A stretch of 64,000 bases of DNA, from NCBI GenBank assembly GCA_050230475.1, contig JBFLGF010000190.1, positions 1 to 64,000 on the forward strand, read 5' to 3'. The position numbers were made by a program, and so were the translations under genes. Source of the DNA: Ancylonema sp. Its lineage: Eukaryota. The first letter of the stretch is position 1; every line of letters begins with the position of its first letter. This document shows, piece by piece, positions 12,601-25,330 of the stretch. Under the pieces are notes generated by a model that had not been told where the DNA came from, did no database searches, and was given only the letters and a program-made list of their open reading frames with translations.

Positions 12601-14610
12601 GATGCCAGCTGGCATAGGTTTCGCTCCTTGAAACTTGCGTCCGTTCCAATGAAGCCTGGGTGGGGAAAGGGTGAAGTTCTGCATGATTTTGTGGTTTCCC
12701 AAACGCAGCAATCGTTGACCCATGGTGAGTTGCTCCTCGCGGATGTGGCGAGAGCATTCACGCTACGGGGTGTGTAGATCCTCCGAGTTTCCTCGGCTAA
12801 CTACTGTGGTGAAAATGTTGCAGGCAACTCGTTGGGTGATGAGATAAGGATAGCCAGGAGTGGTGAGATGCTGATTTCGGGGGTTCCAAAACTGGAACTT
12901 CTGACGGTAGCGAGCCCGATGCCTGGCGAGGTCGTCACCATCCCGAGGGTCACGCAAGTTGTCGTAGTCACGGAGTGCCAAATGGCGGTGCATCCGTCGC
13001 CATAGCGTTGACTGTTGCCTGGTCTTGGGCAAACTGGGTTGCCATTGTGCTTGTGGGGAAGGGATGGGGAGTAGAAGGGGCACTGAAGGTTGGGCCTTGG
13101 GGATTGTCGATGGTGGGGGACGTCGGGGGACGGTTTGGTACACCGGAATGGGCTGAGGCGTCGGTGGGGTTTGGGCTGGGGGAGTGGTCCTCTGTCGATG
13201 TATAGGACGCTGCAACTCCGCGCGTGGACTCCGGACTAGTTTGCGCTCTCCGATGTGACCGTAGTTCGAACTTGTATCCCGCAGGTGGAACATTCTTCAT
13301 GTTGTCGTCGGAGTCAGACTCCGAAAGTTCCAGTTTCACGACAGGGTCCGCTTTTTCTTTGCCCTTCTTCTTCTCCGCTTGGTAGACTGCGATGTCGTCT
13401 TCCTTCGCCCGCAATGCTGCAGCTTGGTCGAAGATGATGTGGTTGGCTTGTTGCATATCGTCAGCCAAGTTGTCAATTTCACGTTGACGGCCCGCTGTTG
13501 ACTCTGCGTCCACGTTTTCGACCGTTGGTTCGTCCACTGGTGTAGTGTCTTCGACCATTTGGATGCGATCGGCTTCCCGTTCTGCTTCCCACTCCTGCCG
13601 AAGTAGAGCACGGAGTTTGGCGGTGAGTTTATCTTTGTCCGCTTTCTCCCTCTTCACTCGACCAAAAGTAGCCTAGGTCGGAATGGCTTCGATCGATGGC
13701 AAGGTCATGTGGTGAGGCTCATGAAATGGACTATTGAGGATGATGTAGAGTTGCTCAATCGGGGTGAGCAAAAAGTCTGGGTTAAACCATTGCAGCATGG
13801 TGTCGACATATCGATCGATGTGGAAGTGGTCAGCCAATGCCATGAGTTTAAGCAGGTCAAGTTGAAGTTGCTCTTGTCAATGGTTTGTCAGGTGTCTTTT
13901 TCCAAGGTTGCGAGATGACAAGGGTGCTTGTAATGGTCCCTCCTCAGATTTCGATGGCACTGTGTCGCGAGGTATCGAACCAGCAACGACATTAGCAGAT
14001 AAGTACATGTACATTCGTGCTGGCCTTGGTTGTGATGCATCGACGGGTGGTAAATGTGTACCTCCGACTGTCGATGGTGTGGTAGTAACGGGTGGGGAAG
14101 GAGGTTGCATCGATGCAGTGGGAGGTGCAGCAATTTCTGCGAATGGTTCCACTATCGGGTCATCGATGGTTTCTTGCACAGAAATACGTCTGGGTGATAA
14201 CTTACCCTTTGGTGGTGAGGGTGCTATCGCCGCATGCAATGGTGATGTCGTGAACACGGGTGAGCGTAGAGAACGACCTGCACTCAAAGTCCGTGGTGAA
14301 TAACCGTGTTTCACTAAGGTGGTACAATTTTCCGTGCAATGTGTACCTGTCGATGAACGTGGTTTCTGAGGAGTGTCTCGAAAGTATGAATCGAACTCTC
14401 GGCTAAGGGTAGAGCGAGGTGGTCTATTGTACTCCGAGATTGGTGAAGTCAAGGGTGAGAAACGAGGTGTTGGCGATGACACCGGGGTAATGAGTTTGAG
14501 TTCCGCGCCAAGAGGTGGTGACAGGGGTGCGGCGATGGTGGTGACCAAGGGTGCTGGAATGGTCAACTCCATGTGATCAGGTGCTGGGGGATCCACCGGA
14601 GGGAGTGGTG

Positions 14611-15250
14611 TTAGGATCGACGGTTGGGAACCACAGTGACGTCGTCGTCATCGAAGACGCACTCGTCCTCTGCTTTTGTCGGTGTAGTATGCTGACTCCG
14701 AAGTCCTTGACGGTTGGAGCCAGGGGGATGCGCAAATTGCTTCTTGCGCGCCATGTAGATCGCCGGAATGTCGTGAGTCTCATGTATGGCAATAGGGACG
14801 CCTGCCAAACAATGTCCTCCCGTCCGGAAGTCTGGTCGATACATGTATGTCTCGGTCCACGAATCAGACCCATCCTCCCATCGTATCCTCCCATCCTCCC
14901 ATCGGTATCCTCCCATCGGGAATGTCTCGGTCCACGAATCAGGGTATCCTCCCATCGGGCAAATAAACGAATTGCCAAGGATGATGTCGAACTCCGTCGA
15001 TGGTGGCAGATGGAGGTGAAGATGCACAGTGCAAGGGTGAGCAGTGCCTTTCCCAATAGTGATGGGAATCTTCTCCTTGGTACTCCCCAAACTCAACTCT
15101 ATCTTTCCTGACGCCGTGATGTATGGTCAGCGGGTGAGAGTTGGAGGAGTTTGGTGAGGTTGGCGCCAATCATGGTTTCTTTGGCACCAGTGTCTAATAC
15201 ATTCTCCACGGGTTTCACATCGCCTACGAGGAGCACACTGCCGTAATGCT
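14611..15250 (-). pseudogene. Retroviral-type aspartic protease (frameshifted)
   Basis: Catalytic DTG in NVLDTGAKETMIG (ORF 15099-15764). C-terminal FDIILGNSFICPMGG..DSWTETYMYRP (ORF 14611-15096). Confidence 0.8.
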
Positions 15251-15735
15251 TCGCCAGCCTGTTGTGGTGAGCAGGTAGACGGGCTGAGTCTTTGAGGAAG
15301 ACGGGGTTGGTGGTACGGGCGTTTGCAAGGTCTTGCATGAAGTTCACCAGATCGGCTGCCTCTTGGAGTGCAGACTCCGTTCCTTGGACCATGGCTCGTT
15401 GCTGCATCAAAATTTCATGAAGGCGATCATGGTGAATCTGAGCTTTAGCCGGTAAGGGTGGTGGCACATCTGAATCATCATTCATGTGTTGCAAACTGGT
15501 AGTACCGGGTTCCAATTGCAAAGGAAAATGTGGTTTGAAAGAATCATGCATTTTGGTGCTGTATCCCTGTCGTCGACCATAGTCTTCTCCTTCTCTAGCA
15601 ACGGTTTCCAACAATGTTTCAGGGTGAGGAGTGGGGTACTCCCCTGGTTTTGACTGAGCATCTTGGTAAATTGGAGTGTCTGGATCTCTAGTAGGTGAAG
15701 GAGACCGTTCCTTGGTCTGATGTTTTTCACCGTCA

Positions 15736-17501
15736 CTAGGTGAGCCCTGATTTGCCGAATGCATAGGTGTATTGACATCGACAACGACTCAAGCACTCTT
15801 TTTCCTTCGTTCCTTTCTCTGTCCTTCCTTGTCTACAATGGCTGCAACTCTGTGAGCGACGTGGTGCCATCATATAATGAGCCGGGAGATCAGGGTCAAG
15901 TACTTTGTGTGTCTCACTAGGGGTGAGATTGGTGATTTCTTTCGCCTGGTTCTCAAGGTAGGCCAGAGATAAGATGATGGGACGATGCATGTACGAAGTT
16001 GGTGGCTCATGGCTATCCCACTCGGTTATGGTTGCACCTCCACGGGGTGAAGCATCAACATGAATGGTGAGATTTTGTCTGGCTCGTTTGGCTTTCTTGC
16101 ATTGTGCGACGGTGTGGTTAACCCCCCCACAGTGTGAGCAGTGAGCCCCTTGTGTGTAGTTAGACTCTCCGTATTGTCGTGTCCGTGGTAACTTCTTTTG
16201 ATTCTGGTGACTGTCCGTAGTTTCCACCCTTAAATGGTACCATTGCCGTAGCTAACGATGGTGAAGGGTTAGGACGTGTCGACGAGAGTGGTGAATATTT
16301 GTTGACGGTTTTTATCTTTCCGGGGTGAGCGACATTCTCTAGAGTAGTGTCCCTGCTGGTGACAGTTGTAACACTCAATCGGCTTGTCAGGTCGAGATCT
16401 TGGGAGATCTGCGGAAAAAATGACGTGACGCAGGGAAGTGGATGGCGTCCCCTGGTTAAGCTTGAGCGCGCCAAATGTCGACTGAAGCTGAGGTCCCACC
16501 TCTCCTGCTGCTCGGTACTCAGAGCCAGCTTTGGTGAGGGTGAGTTCAAACCTATCAACTTTTAACATGAGATCCTCGACGGAGATAGGTGGTGTCGGCG
16601 TTGTCTCATATAATTTCTTCTCGGTTTCCTAGATATACTACCAAACAACCAGTTCTCGAACTCCGTCCGGTAGATGTTTCTTATTTGACGACCACTTGTT
16701 CCGTTGTCATTGCCTTATGCTCTACCACAATCTGTGCAGGTTCTTTGAAGCGGCTGTACAAAGAGGAGACAGACTCACTGGCTGACAAGGGTTTGAAGTT
16801 CTGGATTTTAGTGATCAGTTCACTGATAGACTGTCGAAATCGATCTCGGAGTTCCTTGCAGAATTGAGCGAGTTCTCCAGGTTCAGGTCCAGGTAGAGGT
16901 GTCGGTTGAACCATAGGTGTGGTTAGGAATCTACCCTGTGTTCTCCAGTAGTACATTTCAGAGTTATTCTCACGATGGGTGTCACGAGCTGTCATAAGGG
17001 TTGCGTCACCAAGATTGTTTATACGAAATTTCTTCCAGACATCATGTGCAATACCCTTGGTGAATTGACATGCATACTCGATACTGTCCCACTGAACATG
17101 TCCGTTCCGTTCGTTAAAAGTTTTGTATCTAAAATATGACCACAGAGCATCCACAAATTCTTCCTCTTTGTCACCGACCTCTCCCGAATACAAAGGTACT
17201 TTTTGTTCAGACATGTGTCGTCGATACTGTTGTCAAAAATACTTTCCGAGGTGACAGTAAAGGGTACTGTCGGGATCACTACAATGTGTGTTGCACCTCT
17301 GATAACCTCTGCTGAAGGTCCTCCTAGTTGAAGAAAAACGTCTACAGGTTCTTCGTCAAATAGAGTGATTGGTAAGATGGTTTCGAGGTGACGGAGGTTG
17401 TTGTCTAACTCTAAATGTTCTAAATTCACCAGAATAGAATTCAACTGACTGTCGGGTGAAACCTTGATCAAACGATTGGATTGGTCTCTTGTCCACTGCA
17501 T
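15736..17501 (-). pseudogene. Gag-like region with two CCHC zinc knuckles (frameshifted)
   Basis: ORFs 17019-17501, 16681-17214, 16269-16568 (CYNCHQQGHYSREC) and 15736-16227 (CSHCGGVNHTVAQC). Confidence 0.8.
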
Positions 17502-18445
17502 ACACTAGAATTCCAAAATCTAGTACGCCGATGAGGTAATCCAGAAAATTTTATTTTGGTTGCGGTCAATTTGGATCGACTTACTACTATTCCAGTATTC
17601 GTATGGTATATGTCCAAAGCCAGGGTGCTGAGAATAACCAAGGCTGACAGGTCACGGGGTCGGAAGGGGAAAAAAAAAAAAAAAAAAAAAAACATGGTTT
17701 CGTACTTGTCGAAGACTGCAGACCTCGATGCGAAGAAGCTCTTCCGCTGGTCAGTTTAGAGTAGATTGCTGTAGGTTGAGTCCCTACTGACCACACAAGA
17801 ATGTAATTCAAGCACGGTATGTGACTTATCAACGAAGCTTGCCGTAGCTACTACTCGCCGAAAGCTGAGATGCACTCAACGCTTAGTGGTGGGAGGTCTA
17901 AAAACAACACTAAGGTTAATCAGACGTTACAGGTTATCGTACTTCACAACAAGTGCCAGCTACGAGTAAAGAGAACGCAAGGCAAATAGCTATAGAATTT
18001 CTACAAGGGTGCAGAAGGATGATAGTTGGTTGCGTCAGGATGCGCACTCACTATTGGTTTCGAGAATCAAACGTTGTCGTGAATAAAACGATTCACTAAT
18101 AAACGGGAACGGGTGCAGGCAATTCAAAGGGTGAATTGTCTGGCTAAGCTCGCACGAATCGGTGCAACTAATTGTAACGATTTCTGACGTCAGCAGAACG
18201 ACTGACAATCAACGACTTGCAAGGGTCACGATTTTGCAAGGGTTAGCGATGATTATGACTACGGCGGAATTTCACACGATGCGTATGCAAAACGGCACAC
18301 GACTTTTTGTACTACTTGAGATGCGACAGCACGCACAAGCAAACATGCAATTTCGCAGAACTTACATTCATGAAGAATATCAAAGGCGAAACGGCACACT
18401 TGATAACGATTGTTGACGATTGCACATAACACGAATTTTGATAAC

Positions 18446-21400
18446 TAGAGGAATTATATCGGATAGCCATGTTTGCTAGTGTGCTAGTCTGGACTGCCGG
18501 TTAGTGTAACCGGTAGGATTCCTAGGGTGTGCTTATCTTGAGGGGCCGGACTTAGGTCCGGGCACCCGAATATGACGTTTCGATTGTGCCGTTTCTAGCA
18601 CGTGCGGTCTAGATGGTTCCGAATCTATACGTTATGTTTTGTCAGACTGTCCGGCGTGTGCCGTTGTCAGGATCTGACTATTGTTGAGTTATGATGACGG
18701 TCCGCAGATACGACCGTGCACGCTTTGTAGATTCTTGTTGTGGACGAGGCATCGTGGTATACCTACACGATGCCGACCATTCAATAATAATTCTTCCAAC
18801 ACATTGTCATTGATCATCTTTGAGAGACGAAGTTCCTTGTACGGAAAGATTCACACGATCTTGCACACCTATCACGTAACATCTTGCTACAAGGTTATGG
18901 GCCCACAAGCGGTCTAGTTAAAGACGCTTTGTCAATAACTACAGGCATTCCACGCGATTCGCTGCTAAGAGACTCTGAGGTTAGTTCTTGTTATTAAGTA
19001 CTGCACGTAATCTTTCAAATTGCGCTGCCAGTGACTGAGGTGTGAGCTGCGTTGCACGAAACACGCTCAAGAAAGCAACTGAGAGCTGATCATCAGATTT
19101 TTAGCTGCTGCCTAACATGACGGAAAAATCATACATTCCGGTCTTCACAAGAGCAGACTACAAAGGCTGGGCTTTTAAAGTTCAGTTCGGTCTAGCTGAC
19201 AAGGAGCTGCATGACATTGTCATGGATTGGGGCAAATCCCCGAGGCAAGCGGAACCTGTCGTGTCTCCACTACTCACGCAGGACGAGCTCGATGCACTGG
19301 ATGCTGCGGACGTCGCTCGAACGGTCACGGCGCGCACCCAGCTCATCGGTCGACAGACTCTCCTTCTAGAGGTCTGGTCGAAGAAGAATATCGCTGCAAT
19401 GGCGTACATCGTCAAACACCTCCAGACGGGGGAGCTGACGCACGTACGAAATTGCGAGACTGCAGCATATGTGGGACGCTCTGAAAGCCTTTTACGACAT
19501 TCAGGGAGCCATTGAGATCGCCAACGCTGATGAGCTCACGGCGATTTCATGGGGGAGACGGAGGACCTGAGCGACTACGTGAAGCGGCTTCAGGAGCTGC
19601 ATGATCGTCTGGGGCATTTGGGAGAGCCAGGTCAAGCCTGCGAAGCAAACGATCAACTTCCTGAATTCCCTCAACACTCGCTACAGCTCGCGCGTGGAGA
19701 GTGTAATGTCTTGGGCGATATCTGCGCCAACACTCTTCACGATCCCTTCAGGCCGTCAGCACTTTGTCAGTGCTGGCGATCGACGGGAGGTCTGCAACGA
19801 CCGCAAGAGAGGGGTGCTGCCGGGAGGGCAGCACGCTAATTTCGTGGGGAAAGGGGGTTACTCGGGCAGCTCCGGAGCTGGCCCAAGTCGACCAGGTGGG
19901 AGTGGCGGTCCCGGAAGTCGCGACCTGACGGGAATTCAATGCTACGGCTGCAACCAGTATGGCCACCTGAAGTCGGACTGCCCTACACGTCCGCCGATGA
20001 GGTGCCATGGCTGCAACCAGACCGGCCACAAGCTGTCGCACAGTGGACAGTAACGGCAAGGGGGAGGTGGAAGATCGGCTAGTCAGGGAAGTGGCAGTCC
20101 GAAACCAAAGTGCAGATACTGTGATAAGCTCGGGCACACATTGGTAGAATGCATGAAGCGTAGATCTAACCTGGCATTGGCTGCACCTGATTCTAATCTT
20201 CGTGACCAAGCTCAGGCTCGACTTGTTGCACGTTCACACACATCTTTCGATGCATCCAAATCCCGAGCTTATGCAGCATTCTCATCTGATGCACGGATTG
20301 CCATGGCAGCTGGAACTAATTGCTCGCATCTGTGGCTTGATTCAGGCTCGACCGATCACGTCTTCACAAATAAAGACCACTTCGTCGAGTACGACACCAA
20401 CGTCCCGACGCAGCATTCATTCATCCACACGGCTGATGGCACGCCTCACAAGGTCGAGGGGACAGGCTTCGTGCACGTTCGAGTGAAGAACGACGACTCC
20501 TTCTTCGTCCCTCTCACTGCTCTGCACGTCCCTACATTCGCTGCGACCCTGGTGGTGTCCACCGACTGCCTCGTCCAGAGAGGGGCTTTTGCCCAGACCC
20601 CACATGGTCCTAAACTGACTAAAAATGGACAAAAATGGGCTGATGTCAGCAGGCAGAGGACTGGTTTGTCATTGCTGCATGCATCTATCATCATGCCTGC
20701 TTCATCTGGTATGCAAGAAAATCTGTCCATAGGCATGTTCTGGCATGGCAAGTTGGGTCACCCTGGTGTTCCAGCCATGTCAGACATGGCCAGACGTGGA
20801 GACATACCGAGACTGAGTCAGGAAGAGTTGACTGAGGTTAGGGATTGTGAGATCTGTTGTATGGGGAAAATGGGACAGAGGGGGCATGCAATGGCTAGCG
20901 ATGATGTGGCCACTATGCCAAAAATGGGGAGGTTGCATTTATATCTGATAGGTCCTTTTGGTGTCACATCAATGCACGAAGGGTTTGATTATGCACAGAC
21001 TGGGATAGAGGTCAATTCTAGATTGTCAACAGTATCTCTTCTCAAGCACAAGAGCGATGCTCTCAGCCAAACGCGCATCACTGTACAGAAACTGGAGGAG
21101 AACTAGAGTGGAAAGGTTATTGTGAGGAAAAAGGCATCAAACATGAACTGAGTGCCCCCCATAGTCCTCAGCAAAACGGCATGTGTGAAAGACTGGACCG
21201 AACACTGATGGAGAAGATGAGATGTTTGCTGATGTGGTCTAAACTACTTGAATCATACTGGGATGTGACATTGATGCATGCAAACTGGCTAAGGAACAGG
21301 ACCCCCACTAGTTCATTGACAGGGGGGATACCTATTGAGAAGTGGACGGGACGCCAAATCAAACTGGACAGAAGTCACACATTTGGCTGCCTAGTGCAGT

Positions 21401-21750
21401 ATTTAAAAGTTGGGCATGATGATAAAAACAAACAAGGGGACAAGTACAAGTATGCTACCAGGACTGCTTTATTCATTGGGCTGGCAGCAGATCAAGCTGG
21501 TTACAACATCTTCGACCCGCTCAAAGCCGGTGTGATGGTGCGGACAGACGTCCGTTTCTTTGAGGAAGTGCCGGGGTACCCGAGACTCATGGGAGGGGGA
21601 GCTCCCCAGGTCAAGGCCAAAGCAGATGGACACTTCTTCCAGCTGTTCCCCGACACGGATGATGAGCCTAAGGCTGGAGGGGTGCCAGGACAAGCAACAG
21701 TTACAGGCAACAACGCGTGCAGTAGTGGCAGCAGCAGAGCTAGCAGCTTA
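18446..21750 (+). mobile_element. 3'-truncated Copia C1 (LTR ~18446-18892, PBS 18893-18906, gag ATG 19117, PR, INT)
   Basis: LTR and proteins closely match C2 at 40539-47029. Motifs WLDSGSTDH, WHGKLGHPG, CEICCMGKM and NGMCERLDRT. Ends in the INT-RT linker. Confidence 0.93.
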
Positions 21751-22549
21751 CTGTAATATCGCTAAAAATAACGATTGTTGACGATTGCAGATTACACGAA
21801 TTCACAGAGATGCAAAGATGGCGATTGCAAAGAGTTGTTGAAATTCAGAGAGAGTAAACTGACAGCGGAAGCTGGCAGTTCAGAAAGCGACTTAGGCTTT
21901 AGTTCAATCGACGCGCCGTTTCACATGCGCGGTAATCTAGATCTTATCTTGATCTAAGGTAGAAAACAAATATCGGCTAGACAGCTAATCGTGACTGTCT
22001 ATTCTAGAGTTCTAGATTTAACACGTGCGGCGGATTAAACGCCAGGCTGGCTGACTGAGATAAAAGCCCGGCGCGCACTGGAATCTACTAACTCGTCGAT
22101 ACGACAAAATACTCCGAATTAAAATCTAAAAAGTGGTACACCGACTTTTCTAGATTGACTGAGTATAAAAAAATTATCAAATCAAACGTCTGACTGATCG
22201 AAACTCATATAACGACAGAGTTCGATATAACGACTAAAAATCGACAATTACCAAAATTGCTATTTTTCAAGCGGATCGACAATTAAAAAGACTTTACTTT
22301 CTAACGATCTCTAGCGGCATGACATTGTACCTTGTGCGCGCGGTGCGTCTCCTCAAACTCTCTTCGAATACGTTTCGGATTCTTCGAAAGTCATCATAGT
22401 GCACGGCAGCATGTAGAACATGTCAGCCACGTTGGGCAAAGTGATCATAAACCCATCTTAGTGATCGTCAATTTTCCAATGCAACTCACCACATAGTGAG
22501 TACACTGTAACCTACGTTCCACGTCGTCGGGATACAATCGTGTTACCAC

Positions 22550-22655
22550 GCTTGATATGTAGGTATTCGATTTGATACAATACCATCAATAAAACAATAT
22601 GCACATGTGTCCCGTAGTGGCCACAAATAATGATCCGGTGAAGGAAAAAAACAAT
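22550..22655 (+). repeat. Partial copy of the MITE at 9540-9736
   Basis: Shared TCAATAAAACAATATGCA.ATGTGTCCCGTAGTGGCCA.AAATAATGA. Confidence 0.75.
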
Positions 22656-22679
22656 TAATTATCGCGGAAGGGTTGAGAT

Positions 22680-23850
22680 TAGGCCACGTCGCCATACACG
22701 AACCGAAGACGGGAACCAGGGACCGGGATCCCACGCAAAACACCGCACGCATGGCGGCTAGGGGTTTAGGAAATGGCGACAGTACGCCGCACGTGTAGAT
22801 CTCGTAGGTGCCGCTTGCATAGTGATGGCGCGCAAAGCGCTCGTAGGAGAGGTTACGTAGCGCGATAGGCTATGCGGCTATGGTAAGGAAAGGGACTCGG
22901 GATGGAAAGGAATTGGAATTATGTGGTAAACACCGTGCATAAGCACGTTGCTCGGGGTTCGATTCCTCGCGGAGCTGAAAACGTGGACCTGAGATGGGAT
23001 ATGGGTCTGAAGGGGGTCCAAAATACGGCTGGGAGGGAGTAAAATTGGGGAGAGGAGGGGGACTAGGCGCCCGGCATCGAGGAACTTGCGTGCAACAGGG
23101 GGACTGGGGGTACTGGTTGTGCTGCAAGAGCCGGTGGCACGGTGGTTGGCGAGGCGCAAGACCGCTTGAACATCGGCTAGCGGCTTGGCGAGTTGTGGCG
23201 GGCGTGGCGGTCTGGCCTGGGACTGCAGACGCGCGACACGAAGGGCTGCAGATGAGCGGTAACTGATGTACGTGGGAGGGGCTAGAAGACGGATGTGGGG
23301 AGTTGCTTGGGGAGGATCGGGGGGAAACAGTGGGGACAAAAAAGGGAGCACGGAGGGAGGGGAGGGTGGGGATGGGAATGAGTGCAGGACGGGGAGGAGA
23401 TCCTGCAAACTGGGAGAAGTGTGGCTTGCCGGGGTTGCATCGGGGAGCAGAGCCGGCGCGGGGGCAGCGGAAAAATCCGTTGTAGGTGGAACAACTGCAG
23501 GAGGAGTTGCATCACTAATAGCCGGGGGAGCAAGCAGGGAGGCTGCCGTAGTAGCAAGAGGGCTAGTAGCTGAGCCAGCAACTAGGTTAGAAAGAATAGT
23601 TGGAAGAGTTGCAAGGGGGAATGTGGGGAGAGCTGTAGCGGAGATACATCCATTTGAATGACTCGCAGCATAGGTGACACGCAAGCTTGAAGTAGAGCCA
23701 GGCCGGCAATCCACTATAGCAGCAGGAGGGGTAACAAGAGCCGCCAAATGATCAGCTTGGATCTTAATCAGCTTGGAGACCTCTAAAGAACGGAGTCGTA
23801 GGTGATGCTAGAGGGTGGTCAGTGACATGGGGCGGGGATCAGAGTTGTCA
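22680..23850 (-). other. GC-rich degenerate coding-like segment (Pro/Ala-rich), possibly a retroelement fragment
   Basis: 289-aa low-complexity ORF 22878-23747 and higher GC than the flanks. No diagnostic motif recognised with certainty. Confidence 0.3.
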
Positions 23851-23889
23851 TGGGGAAAGGCAGCAATGTCAACATGTAATGTCGTCATG

Positions 23890-24437
23890 TACAATGCAGT
23901 ATTGACACTCTCTACAGTTACAATCTCGATATGATTACATTTTTCTACCCTTTTTCTGATCCTATATGTAAACCTATTGTATATAGTGACAATCGCTATA
24001 GTGACACACGTTATAGTGACCAAAATATATCAGATTTTAACATTGCGATGTCAATATACGGTGAAACCGGTCTAAGTTTATATTGTGAAAATTAATAACC
24101 TATCTATTATAATGCAAAACATTCCGCCCGAATTGTATTTACCCAAAATGTGACGTGTGAATTAATCACCAGTCTAATCTCATTTTTTTAATGGTTCCAA
24201 CATTAGTCATGTACATAGGTTTTACTGTAGCGAGAGGATAATATAACAAACGCCGTTTTGATGAACCACCCCTTGGATTTCGACTTGGATTTCAATTTGT
24301 GTCGATATAGTGACATTTTCCCATTGTCGCCCTATCAAATGTCAATATATAATGTACACTGACAACCCTAGCATTCGATATAGTGACATTATATCCCCAT
24401 GTCTATAAAATTTTCACTACATTGAGACTGCACAGTA
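23890..24437. mobile_element. Tc1/mariner/pogo-type MITE with ATAGTGAC subterminal motifs, containing a nested MITE (24059-24227)
   Basis: Repeated ATAGTGAC near both ends. The nested unit is TA|CGGTGAAACC ... GGTTTTACTG|TA, an imperfect TIR pair with TA TSD. Confidence 0.6.
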
Positions 24438-24439
24438 AC

Positions 24440-25330
24440 GTATCGTTGAGTCGATCCGGGTCTGAATTGCACGGACCTGCTCCGCGGCTGGCGTGCCTTG
24501 AAGTTCAATGAGGAAGGATGGGATGGTGACTGGTTTGAATGATTCACCCATGTTGTGATAAATGAAAAGGAAGCCGAATGGGCCAATGGATAAGTGGGTT
24601 AAAAATTTGAACCCGAAGCCGAAAGGGCCTATGAAGGGTATGATGACCCCGGGAATGAAAATCAATTCAGTGGAATGCCAAATTGAAAGATACACCCTAA
24701 GATCCTGATCAAAGTGTTAGAGTTGGCGAAAGGTCGATTCTAGCTTATGAAAAAGCACAGTTCACAACACATGGACACAAGACTCGGGTAGTGCAACATG
24801 ATTGAAAGGTACATAAATTGATCAGGATACTGGATGAGCACTCCTGATGGGTATCAACACTTGTCTGAAACTAGGGTCGAAACTGAACTCGCTATAAAGG
24901 AAAACTGAACATAATTCGATACAAGAACAAATGGAAGTTAGGGCCTAACAAAGGTCCAATTGATGATGATGTGTAATAATCAAATTAGGATTTTTAACAA
25001 CTAGGCAATCGGGATTACTAGCTAAGAGCTCGCTAAGGGTAGGACACACTCTAGGGGAACCCTAGTGACAATAGAAGGAATCCTAACAGTGAAAGAGAAA
25101 TTTCTAATGACCACCGTGGGGGTAGAGGTGGACGAAGAGGAAGAGGTGGAAACAGTGGATCTGGTGAAGGGCCCTCATGCTACACTTGTGGGGAGATATA
25201 TCTTTACATCAGAGATTGCCCAAGAAAAGATGATGAATGCAAGTATGGTGGTGCGATCGGCTTTACATATTTCGACAAAAAGAACGTCGCTCCACGCATG
25301 CAGAGAAAAGGGGTGCGCACTCAAGGGATA
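24440..25330 (+). mobile_element. Fragments of the canonical-PBS Copia family, interrupted by an LTR-like insert (~24715-25088, -)
   Basis: 25100-25330 matches the gag end of the element at 37647 (CATGCAGAGAAA..GGGTGCGCAC...GGGATAAA). The insert ends CCTAACA and resembles 32800-33212 and the reverse complement of 54633-55109. Confidence 0.7.

Larger units (their letters stand above)
10800..17501 (-). mobile_element. Degenerate Ty3/Gypsy-like retroelement: gag - zinc knuckles - aspartic protease - low-complexity linker - DNMT-like domain - RT remnant
   Basis: Colinear minus-strand ORFs. Gag-like VPLYSGEVGD..EEFV (16681-17214). Knuckles CYNCHQQGHYSREC and CSHCGGVNHTVAQC. Protease VLDTGAKETMIG plus FDIILGNSF. 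C5-MTase-like motifs at 11568-12600. RT-like YYWKPMQFGLPNQP. LTRs not identified. Confidence 0.75.

Noticed and set aside
18403..21802. 35-bp flanking repeats as the TSD of C1
   Set aside because: Too long, imperfect and not flush with the element ends. More likely pre-existing leader repeats.
22730..22830. RNase H-like motif YEIYTCG on the minus strand (LINE with RNase H)
   Set aside because: The catalytic Asp of YTDG is absent and no RT or endonuclease motifs are nearby, so the signal is too weak.
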